From NCBI RefSeq assembly GCF_000009705.1, contig NC_003272.1, positions 5,640,001 to 5,672,000 on the forward strand: DNA of 32,000 bases. The letters are read 5' to 3'. The notes beneath the pieces are model-generated. The model searched no databases and was not told where the DNA came from. It worked only from the letters and a program-made list of their open reading frames with translations. Numbering within the stretch: the first letter of the stretch is position 1; the number at the start of each line of letters is the position of its first letter. The DNA comes from Nostoc sp. PCC 7120 = FACHB-418 (GTDB lineage Bacteria; Cyanobacteriota; Cyanobacteriia; Cyanobacteriales; Nostocaceae). The translations under genes were made by a program, and so were the position numbers. Below are positions 1 to 8,079 of the stretch, in pieces.

Positions 1-903
1 TTGGGCGATCGCTGGTGCAGCAAAGCCAATCAGTAAAATTGGTTGCAAAATTAATATGAGATAGGCGTTAAAGGCTACTAGTTCACCAATAGAGAAAGTA
101 TTACCAATCACCTGCGCCCCACCATAGCCAAACACCGCCAGGGTTACCAAGTTACTCAGTAAAAAGATAAATGGGAAGGTATTACGAATGGCGCGAATTG
201 TCTTCATGTTAGCCGTAACAAGGGCATCATTCAGACCTGTATAACGTGACCTTTCCGCCGACTCCCGCACAAAAGCTTTAACTACCCTGATACCAATCAG
301 ATTCTCTTGCAATACAGCATTTAGGTCACTCAGCTGCTCTTGTACTTGCCGGAACAGTCGGTCATTTTGAGTGATGAATCGCGCCATTAACCACCCTGAC
401 ATGGGTACTACTGTTAAGGTAATTATTGCTAATTGCCAATTCATGATTAGCAAAATTACGGCTGCACTAATCAACGTCACTATTCCACTAATCACCTGAA
501 TCAAACTAGTACCGATAAAAGTACGAATTTGCTCAATATCACTAGTGACACGGGTTAAGAGTTGAGAAGTTTGTGACTGGTCATGATAGCTAAAACTGAG
601 ATTTTGAATCTTGCTAAAAATCTTGTTTCGCAATTCATAGGCTACACCTTGGGAAGCCGCCTCTGCCAAATAACTTTGACCAAAATTAAACACACCACGA
701 GCGATCGCCGCAACTACCATCCAGGCAGCACTGTAAAGCACTATCTGTAAGTCTTTCTTGACAATGCCCTGATCAATTCCCCAGCGAAATAGTTGGGGCG
801 TCACCGCATTCGCCACCGTCAACAGCAAAAGACTAAACAAAGCCCCCAGCGAAATCAATCTATAATTCCGCAAACTCTCCAATACACGCCCAATTGCCTG
901 CAT
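1..903 (-). CDS. ABC exporter (fused permease/ATPase type). Only the N-terminal transmembrane domain is present; the 3' part of the gene lies beyond the window start
   Basis: Absent from the ORF track because it has no in-window stop. My reverse-strand translation from the ATG (cat at 901-903) stays open to position 1 (301 aa): MQAIGRVLESLRNYRLISLGALFSLLLLTVANAVTPQLFRWGIDQGIVKKDLQIVLYSAAWMVVAAIARGVFNFGQSYLAEAASQGVAYELRNKIFSKIQNLSFSYHDQSQTSQLLTRVTSDIEQIRTF...IRVVKAFVRESAERSRY...GELVAFNAYL. This pattern is typical of the type-1 ABC exporter membrane domain (MsbA/MdlB-like). An in-frame GTG at 939 is an alternative start. Confidence 0.8.
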   Translation of the reverse strand, partial: MQAIGRVLESLRNYRLISLGALFSLLLLTVANAVTPQLFRWGIDQGIVKKDLQIVLYSAAWMVVAAIARGVFNFGQSYLAEAASQGVAYELRNKIFSKIQNLSFSYHDQSQTSQLLTRVTSDIEQIRTFIGTSLIQVISGIVTLISAAVILLIMNWQLAIITLTVVPMSGWLMARFITQNDRLFRQVQEQLSDLNAVLQENLIGIRVVKAFVRESAERSRYTGLNDALVTANMKTIRAIRNTFPFIFLLSNLVTLAVFGYGGAQVIGNTFSIGELVAFNAYLILILQPILLIGFAAPAIAQ

Positions 904-986
904 TGATGAGTTTTCCTGAAGTTCTGATTGTGGAACCACTGGAATTTATCCCTGATATCTTTTAAAAATTATCACCTACAAAGGTT

Positions 987-1016
987 AAAAAAAGACCCCC
1001 GGTGGTTAACCGAGGG
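987..1016 (-). terminator. Rho-independent terminator-like hairpin on the minus strand, upstream of the ABC exporter start
   Basis: The minus strand reads CCCTCGG-TTAACCA-CCGGGGG-TC-TTTTTTT: a 7-bp GC-rich stem with one G.U pair, followed by a T7 run. It lies 84 nt upstream of the ATG at 903. Confidence 0.55.
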
Positions 1017-1125
1017 ATTCTGCAAGTCTGTATGGTCGCACAAAGAACATTCGTGAACCTCAGAATACCAACCTGGTAATTATCAAATGTGCCAAATTGC
1101 CAAAATTGGCAGGTAAGCTATTCTG

Positions 1126-1237
1126 CTGTTGACTGTTGACTGTTGACTGTTGACTGTTGACTGTTGATTGTTGACTGTTGACTGTTGACTGTTGACTGTT
1201 GACTGTTGATTGTTGACTGTTGATTGTTGATTGTTAA
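1126..1237. repeat. STRR-type tandem heptamer array, 16 units of CTGTTGA/TTGTTGA (minus strand CAACAGT, the STRR3 family of heterocystous cyanobacteria)
   Basis: Read directly: 6x ctgttga, ttgttga, 5x ctgttga, ttgttga, ctgttga, ttgttga, ttgttaa. Short relatives occur at 24285-24299, 25323-25362 and 21418-21440. Confidence 0.95.
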
Positions 1238-1381
1238 CAGCCCTTATTAGTAGTTATGCAATTTAGACACGTATTAGCTTAGGGACAAATCAATCCCTAA
1301 TCCCTTTTTTGTAACTGATGCCCAATTGTCAAGAGCTTTATGTAAAATTTTAGGTAAAGAAATGTTTCTTGGCTTACGGGA

Positions 1382-4300
1382 ATGAAACGCATCGTTTTGA
1401 TTGCTGGATTTGAATCATTTAATGCTGACTTGTACAGAAAGGCTGCCTTTTTGGCTAATTCTCGCTGTGCTGATTTAGATATTCGTGTGTTTAGCGATCG
1501 CGATATTACCAGCAAGCGCCTAGAAGTGGAAGCGGCATTGCAAGGCGCGGATGTGTTTTTTGGTAGCCTACTATTTGATTATGACCAAGTTGTGTGGTTG
1601 CGCGATCGTGTTTCCCAAATTCCTATCCGCTTAGTATTCGAGTCAGCCTTGGAGTTGATGAGTTTAACTAAGCTGGGTGCTTTTGCCATTGGTGATAAAC
1701 CAAAGGGAATGCCCAAACCTGTTAAATTTATTCTCGACAAATTTAGCAACGGACGAGAAGAAGACAAACTTGCTGGTTATATTAGCTTTTTAAAAATCGG
1801 CCCCAAACTCCTCAAATTCGTTCCCGTGCAGAAAGTCCAAGACTTACGCAACTGGTTAATTATCTATGGTTATTGGAACGCCGGCGGCACTGAAAACGTG
1901 GCTGCTTTATTTTGGACACTAGCAGAAAAATATTTAGATTTAAAAATCGGTGACATTCCCCCACCAATCGAAACCCCCAACATAGGTTTATTGCATCCCG
2001 ATTATCCAGGGTTTTTTGAATCCCCACGCGAATATTTGGCATGGTATCAAAAGAGGGAAGAGGCAGGGGTGCAGGGGGCAGGGTGCAGGGGGGAAAAAAA
2101 CCCTGTTGTTGGTATTCTTCTTTACCGTAAACACGTCATTACCAAACAACCCTATATTCCCCAACTGATTCGCCGCTTTGAAGATGCGGGTTTAATCCCC
2201 TTACCCATATTTATCAACGGCGTAGAAGGACACGTTGCGGTACGGGATTGGATGACTACCGACTATGAATTTCAGCAACGACAAATCGGTAATATCGCCA
2301 CACCTTCACTATCTCCAGAAGCCGTTAAAGTTGATGCAATTGTTTCCACCATTGGCTTTCCCCTGGTCGGTGGCCCGGCTGGTTCAATGGAAGCAGGTCG
2401 TCAAGTAGAAGTAGCCAAGCGCATCCTCACCGCCAAAAATGTCCCTTACATCGTCGCTGCACCTTTATTAATTCAAGATATCCATTCATGGACACGTCAA
2501 GGTGTGGGTGGTTTGCAAAGCGTGGTGTTATACGCCTTACCAGAATTAGACGGTGCAATTGATACTGTTCCCCTTGGTGGTTTGGTGGGTGAAGATATTT
2601 ATTTAGTTCCTGAACGGGTACAGCGCCTCATTGGTAGAGTTAAAAGCTGGATTGCTTTACGTCAAACACCAGCAGCAGAACGGAAAATTGCCATTATCTT
2701 ATATGGCTTCCCTCCTGGTTATGGGGCTACGGGTACGGCTGCATTATTAAATGTTCCCCGCAGTTTGATTAAATTACTCCACGCCCTCAAAGACCAAGGT
2801 TATAACGTCGGCGATATCCCAGAAGATGGGGAAGAATTAATTCGTCTGGTGAAGGAAACTGATGAAGAGATGGAAAGATGGGAGAAAAATAAACCTTTTC
2901 CCTCTTCAGCTAATACTGTTAATTCCCGTAAATTAGAAAAATGGTTAGGATATCTCCGCACTTCCCGCATCGAAAAACAATGGAAGTCTTTGACAGGTAG
3001 CGGAATTAAAACTTATGGTGATGAACTCCATGTTGGTGGTGTGCAGTTAGGGAATGTGTGGATAGGTGTCCAGCCACCATTGGGGATACAAGGCGACCCC
3101 ATGCGCCTGATGTTTGAACGTGATTTAACACCCCATCCCCAATATGCTGCCTTTTATAAATGGTTGCAAAATGATTTACAAGCTGATGCTGTTGTCCATT
3201 TTGGAATGCACGGGACTGTAGAATGGTTACCTGGTTCACCTTTGGGTAATACTGGTTATTCGTGGTCGGATATTTTGTTAGGAGATTTGCCCAATCTATA
3301 TATATATGCGGCAAATAATCCTTCTGAGTCGATTTTGGCCAAGCGTCGCGGTTATGGGGTGCTAATTTCTCACAATGTCCCCCCCTATGGTCGTGCTGGT
3401 TTATATAAGGAATTAATTACACTGCGCGATTTAATTGCGGAATATCGAGAAGACCCCAACAAGAATTATGTTCTCAAAGAAGCGATTTGTAAAAAGATTG
3501 TTGATACGGGTTTAGACACAGATTGCCCTTTTGAAGATGCCAAACGTTTGGGTATTCCCTTCACTCCTGAAAATATCAGGATGTTTAGCGCCCATGCTTT
3601 TGATGATTATCTGGTGAAATTATATGAGTATTTGCAAGTTTTAGAAACTCGGTTATTTTCCTCTGGCTTACATACATTAGGTGAAGCACCAAATCAAGAA
3701 GAATTAGCATCTTATCTCGAAGCTTATTTTGGTGAAGAACAAGCAAAACAACCAGAAATGGAAAAGCAAATTACAGATTTGTTGATGCAAACCACAGATG
3801 AATTAACTAATTTACTACGCGGATTAAATGGTGAATATATTCCTCCAGCACCGGGAGGGGATTTATTACGAGATGGCGCTGGTGTGTTACCTACAGGGAG
3901 AAATATTCATGCTTTAGACCCCTATAGAATGCCATCCCCCGCAGCTTATGAACGGGGTCGAGAAATTGCTCAAAAAATCATCGCTCAGCATTTACAAGAA
4001 CATCATACATATCCTGAAACGGTGGCGGTTTTATTGTGGGGATTAGATGCAATTAAAACTAAGGGTGAATCTTTGGGGATTCTTTTAGAATTAGTTGGGG
4101 CTGAACCTGTGAAAGAAGGAACAGGTCGGATTGTTCGTTATGAATTAAAGCCTTTAGCAGAGGTCGGACATCCGCGCATTGATGTATTAGGAAATCTATC
4201 AGGGATTTTTAGAGATAGTTTCGTCAACATCATCGAATTATTAGATGATTTATTTCAAAGGGCTGCTGACGCTGATGAACCAGAAGACCAGAATTTTGTG

Positions 4301-5068
4301 AGAAAACACGCTTTAGCTTTAAAAGCCCAAGGTGTAGAAAATGCTTCCGCGAGATTATTTTCCAATCCTGCGGGGGATTTTGGTTCTTTGGTCAATGATA
4401 GAGTTGTTGATGGTAACTGGGAATCTGGGGAAGAGTTAGGTAATACTTGGCAAAGTCGCAATGTGTTTAGCTATGGCAGACAAGACAAAGGACAAGCTAG
4501 ACCGGAAGTTTTGCAGCAATTATTGAAAACGAGCGATCGCATCGTTCAAGAAATAGATTCGGTAGAATATGGTTTAACCGATATTCAAGAATATTACGCC
4601 AACACCGGCGGTTTGAAAAAAGCAGCCGAAAAGCAAAGCGGTAAGAAAGTTACGGCTAGCTTTGTGGAAAGTTTTTCCAAAGACACCACACCCCGCAACT
4701 TAGAGGATTTATTGCGGATGGAATACCGCACCAAGTTACTCAATCCCAAATGGGCTGATGCAATGGCGAGTCAAGGTTCCGGTGGTGCTTACGAAATTTC
4801 CCAACGCATGACAGCCTTAATTGGTTGGGGTGGTACGGCTGATTTTAAAGATGATTGGGTTTATGACCAGGCTGCTGATACTTATGCTTTAGACCCCGAA
4901 ATGGCAGAGAAATTACGCCAAGCCAACCCAGAAGCTTTTCGTAATATCCTCAGCAGGATGTTAGAAGCGCATGGACGGGGTTTATGGCAAGCTGATACAG
5001 ATAAGTTAGATAAGTTGCGTCAGTTGTATGAATTGACTGATGAACAATTAGAAGGCGTAACGGTTTAA
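1382..5068 (+). CDS. Magnesium-chelatase subunit H family protein (ChlH/BchH-like paralog, CobN/Mg-chelatase superfamily), 1228 aa
   Basis: The full-length ORF is collinear with cyanobacterial ChlH as I recall it. Examples: [29 protein letters not shown] vs ChlH [100 protein letters not shown]; C-terminal [12 protein letters not shown]. It is about 100 aa shorter than canonical ChlH and lacks the CobN-type N-terminus, so I call it a paralog rather than chlH or cobN. Confidence 0.85.
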   Translation: [1228 protein letters not shown]

Positions 5069-5076
5069 ATATAGTT

Positions 5077-5149
5077 GTAGGTTGGGTGGAGGCGCGTGAG
5101 AGAAATTAACAACAAAACGGTAAATCTATATTTGCGCCGTAACCCAACA
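5077..5149 (+). repeat. REP-like hairpin (GTAG-type) upstream of the RAYT gene, carrying a 48-nt loop insertion
   Basis: GTAGGTTGGGTGGA (5077-5090) ... GTAACCCAACA (5139-5149). GTTGGGT pairs with ACCCAAC. The loop segment 5091-5138 is itself bounded by GGCGC/GCGCC. The same arms occur in inverted orientation at 5937-5968. Confidence 0.75.
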
Positions 5150-5250
5150 CCAAAGTTTAAATTGCTAAATCAGCTTTTTCATTAAATTACAAAAAATAGA
5201 GATTGCGCTTTTACTCAAAAAAACAAAATACTATTACCCAAGATTATTTT

Positions 5251-5793
5251 ATGGACTATCGTAGGGCAAAAATAGAAGGGGGTACATTTTTCTTCACAGT
5301 TGTTACTCACAATCGCCGAGAATTTCTTTGTGAACCAGAAAATATTCGGTTGTTACGACAAGCATTCAGACAAGTTATTGCACAATATCCATTTACTGTA
5401 GATGCAATTGTCATTTTACCAAACCATATTCATTGCCTGTGGACGTTACCACCAGGAGATAGCAATTTTTCCAATCGTTGGCGATTAATTAAAAACTATT
5501 TCACCCGTCATTGCAGTATTAAATATCAAGAAACTATATCCACATCGCGTCAAAATAAAGGCGAATTAGCAGTTTGGCAACGCCGATTTTGGGAACATCA
5601 AATCAAAAATGAAGTTGATTTTACTCACCATTTTAATTATATACATTACAATCCTGTCAAGCATGGATATGTAAAAGCACCTAAAGATTGGCAATATTCA
5701 AGCTTTATTTTATATGTTCAACGAGAAAGATATAATATTGACTGGGGTACAGGAGAAGATATCAAATTTTCTCAAGACATAGGAAATGAATAA
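5251..5793 (+). CDS. REP-associated tyrosine transposase (RAYT; IS200/IS605-like Y1 HUH transposase family)
   Basis: HUH motif in LPNHIHCLW. Catalytic Tyr region in FNYIHYNPVKHGYV. N-terminal GGTFFFTVVT and WQRRFWEH are typical of TnpA_REP proteins. The gene is flanked by inverted REP hairpins. I start it at ATG 5251 (MDYRRAKIEGG); the track start at 5203 is a TTG in an A-rich stretch. Confidence 0.85.
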   Translation: MDYRRAKIEGGTFFFTVVTHNRREFLCEPENIRLLRQAFRQVIAQYPFTVDAIVILPNHIHCLWTLPPGDSNFSNRWRLIKNYFTRHCSIKYQETISTSRQNKGELAVWQRRFWEHQIKNEVDFTHHFNYIHYNPVKHGYVKAPKDWQYSSFILYVQRERYNIDWGTGEDIKFSQDIGNE

Positions 5794-5936
5794 AACATCC
5801 GTAGGTACTTAATCTAATGTTAAGCTACAAGCATTAGTAAAAATTTATTTTAATAAGTGAAATGATTTTTGCATTAATTTGATTTATTAAATTGAGGTAT
5901 TTTTGTAGTTTAATCTGCTAATTTATCAATATTATT

Positions 5937-5968
5937 TGTTGGGTTACACTTCGTTCCACCCAACCTAC
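5937..5968 (-). repeat. REP-like hairpin (GTAG-type) downstream of the RAYT gene
   Basis: tgttgggttac-acttcgt-tccacccaacctac. The minus strand reads GTAGGTTGGGTGGA-ACGAAGT-GTAACCCAACA: the same arms as 5077-5149 with a 7-nt loop. Confidence 0.75.
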
Positions 5969-5991
5969 TAACTAACTGCGACTGCCTCACC

Positions 5992-6019
5992 GTCAACTGT
6001 CAACTGTCAACCGTCAACA
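5992..6019. repeat. Short tandem heptamer run, 4 units of GTCAAC(T/C/A)
   Basis: gtcaact gtcaact gtcaacc gtcaaca, read directly. One base different from the STRR3 unit. Confidence 0.8.
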
Positions 6020-6087
6020 GCTATATAATTTGCCTGTTTGAGAAAGCAAAATGCTTAAATGCTTACTCATTTGCCTTAAATGCTTTC

Positions 6088-6240
6088 TCATTTCAGTGTT
6101 TTCCGCAAGCAATTAGACATATTGCTTATTCATTTGCTGTAAATGCTTTCTCATTTCAGTAGATCGCGTATTCATTTCAGTGTTTTCCGCAAGCAATTAG
6201 AGATATTGCTTTCTCATTTGTTGTAAATGCTTTCTGTTTT
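6088..6240. repeat. Tandem duplication of about 84 bp containing 21-bp sub-repeats and a repeated AAGCAAT-N7-ATTGCTT hairpin
   Basis: Block A (from 6088) and block B (from 6172) both start tcatttcagtgttttccgcaagcaattaga(c/g)atattgctt... They match over about 70 bp with about 6 mismatches. The sub-unit TGCTT(A/T)(C/T)TCATTTG(C/T)(C/T)(G/T)TAAA recurs from about 6052. Confidence 0.8.
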
Positions 6241-6378
6241 CGGCAATTACTTATTTATGACAAATATCATCTTTGTAGCAAAAGCAATTACATCTTTGCT
6301 GATATTTTCTCAGGCTAATTGATAGGTAAATAATATTTCCGCCGTATTTAACAATGCGATCGCAAAGTGCGATCGCTA

Positions 6379-7145
6379 GTTTATATCCCCTTTCGGGGTG
6401 AGGCGATCAAAAAGCTTTATCTTTTGCCTGGAGATAAACGGCATTCGCTATCGGGTTTCCATCCCCTTTCGGGGTGATGTGATCGGAAAGGAGAGACTGG
6501 AAACAATTTCTATAGCGATGTCGGATGTTTCCATCCCCTTTCGGGGTGATGTGATCGGAAAGTCAATCATCTTTGCATTATATCCTGAAATTACAAGATG
6601 TTTCCATCCCCTTTCGGGGTGATGTGATCGGAAAGCTCCCTTAGCCACTCTAGGATTTGTGACTGTTGTTTCCATCCCCTTTCGGGGTGATGTGATCGGA
6701 AAGATGATTATCGAGGAATCTCGAAAATAGGACGTCGAGTTTCCATCCCCTTTCGGGGTGATGTGATCGGAAAGAAGCGACCATCGCTTTTTGCACGAAC
6801 AGCAGATGGAACGGTTTCCATCCCCTTTCGGGGTGATGTGATCGGAAAGTCCTGCTCCAAGCATTAGTCCTTCGGAGATTAAAAACGTTTCCATCCCCTT
6901 TCGGGGTGATGTGATCGGAAAGTAACTACTGCAAGCGTTGTGCAAGCAGCAATACCTGCGTTTCCATCCCCTTTCGGGGTGATGTGATCGGAAAGTGCAC
7001 ATTGATATAAACGAAGCTAAAAAAGCCTCTACCAATATAAGTTTCCATCCCCTTTCGGGGTGATGTGATCGGAAAGTCTTGCATACAAAGCTGCATTTCT
7101 AGATGACAAGTTTCCATCCCCTTTCGGGGTGATGTGATCGGAAAG
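6379..7145 (-). CRISPR. CRISPR array 1: 11 repeats of 36 bp (10 identical plus 1 degenerate trailer repeat), 10 spacers of 32-45 bp, no adjacent cas genes
   Basis: Plus-strand repeat: gtttccatcccctttcggggtgatgtgatcggaaag. Repeat starts: 6455, 6527, 6600, 6668, 6739, 6814, 6887, 6960, 7041, 7110. The degenerate copy at 6379-6414 has 6 mismatches. Spacer lengths: 40, 36, 37, 32, 35, 39, 37, 37, 45, 33. The minus strand reads CTTTCCGATCACATCACCCCGAAAGGGGATGGAAAC, a 4-bp GC hairpin followed by exactly 8 nt (ATGGAAAC), as in Cas6-processed type I-D/III repeats. This, together with the degenerate repeat at the low-coordinate end, supports minus-strand transcription. Confidence 0.97.
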
Positions 7146-7379
7146 AGTTCACTTCTACAACGCTTGTATAGAGAGGGTTTCAGACCCCAAATTCGACACC
7201 ACTTTTTTATTTAATCAAATAAATTTCAGAAGTGGGGAATTTTGCAGCCGGAAATCCTTACTGTGTAAGCAATCGACACCAGTCAACGAAGTTATGAGGT
7301 TTTCAAGGTTCGGGCGAGTGGTGTCGATGAACGACATACGCTAGTGTTTAAAATAAAATTTATTAGTCATTTTTGTCAA
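7146..7379 (-). promoter_or_regulatory. Putative leader of CRISPR array 1 with a candidate sigma70-type promoter
   Basis: AT-rich, ORF-free region abutting the conserved end of the array. On the minus strand, TTGACA (7379-7374), an 18-nt spacer and TATTTT (7355-7350). It contains three copies of TCGACACCA (see findings). The promoter call is by eye only. Confidence 0.35.
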
Positions 7380-7524
7380 ATTTGTTACATAATCGTTACA
7401 AAAACAGTGGATTTTGAGCAATTGCACGCCCATTTCAATGAATATCAAGTCTGGCTACAAGATGGTTGGTAAAAGGTAACTGCTTTTTACGATTACCAAT
7501 TACCAATCCCCCACTAAAACCCAT

Positions 7525-8079
7525 TTAAAATAATTTGCTGAGTGGAGTCGGTAAACCATCAATACTCACAACATTTTTTTGCTTTCGATAGTCATTAACT
7601 CCTTGCACTCCTTTTTTCTGCGCCCAATCAACTAAAGCCTGTCTTTGTCCTTGATATTCATATAATGGGACACCAAGACCACAAGAAGTTTGCACGCGCT
7701 CAATATCTGCAACTATAATTTGCCGAGTTCCAGGGATTGGGGGAAATAATGAATACAAGGAATCCCAATTGGGAGAACTGGGTAAAATGGTCTCTCCTGT
7801 TCCATAGAGACGCAAAATCAATGGTGATCCCTCAAAGGCGCAAAACATGAGAGTAATTCGCCCGTTTTCTTGGAGATGGGCTGAGGTTTCATTACCACTA
7901 CCTGTTAAATCTAGGTAAGCTACCTGATGAGGGGAAAGAATCCGAAAACAGTTTAGTCCTTTGGGAGACATATTCACATGGCCATCAGGACTCAGGGGTG
8001 CAGAAGCTACAAAGAACAGATGTTGGGCTGCAATAAATTCTTGTAGTTCTTTGGTGATGTGGTCGAAAAGTTTAGCCAT
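7525..8079 (-). CDS. Pyridoxamine 5'-phosphate oxidase family (FMN-binding split-barrel) protein
   Basis: 184-aa ORF. The N-terminal MAKLFDHITKELQEFIAAQHLFFVASAP...GHVNMSPKG resembles the PNPOx-like split-barrel family. Assigned from motif recall, not from a search. Confidence 0.7.
   Translation of the reverse strand: MAKLFDHITKELQEFIAAQHLFFVASAPLSPDGHVNMSPKGLNCFRILSPHQVAYLDLTGSGNETSAHLQENGRITLMFCAFEGSPLILRLYGTGETILPSSPNWDSLYSLFPPIPGTRQIIVADIERVQTSCGLGVPLYEYQGQRQALVDWAQKKGVQGVNDYRKQKNVVSIDGLPTPLSKLF

Noticed and set aside
1238-1381. Possibility that 1382-5068 is cobN preceded by a cobalamin riboswitch
   Set aside because: The N-terminus and internal motifs follow ChlH rather than CobN. I see no B12-box-like sequence or suitable structure in the 5' region.
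1297-4461. Antisense or overlapping small ORFs within or at the start of the ChlH-like gene (1297-1515, 1579-1767, 1860-2042, 3006-3314, 4255-4461)
   Set aside because: They lie opposite a strongly supported 1228-aa gene and have no recognisable motifs. Typical shadow ORFs.
6040-6250. Possibility that the 21-bp direct sub-repeats are TnsB-type binding sites of a Tn7-like/CAST transposon end next to the CRISPR array
   Set aside because: No tns, tniQ or cas12k genes and no TGT-type terminus are visible in the window, and the neighbouring genes are ordinary. Kept only as a search suggestion.
6398-7117. Track ORFs 6398-6622(+), 6448-7035(-) and 6926-7117(-), with the recurring peptide FPITSPRKGMET
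   Set aside because: They are translations of the CRISPR repeats. The periodic identical peptide comes from the 36-bp repeat, so they are not genes.
7177-7212. Counting 7177-7212 as a twelfth CRISPR repeat of array 1
   Set aside because: Only the first 12 nt resemble the repeat (9/12), and overall about 11/36 match. The hairpin is missing. It is reported as a leader feature instead.
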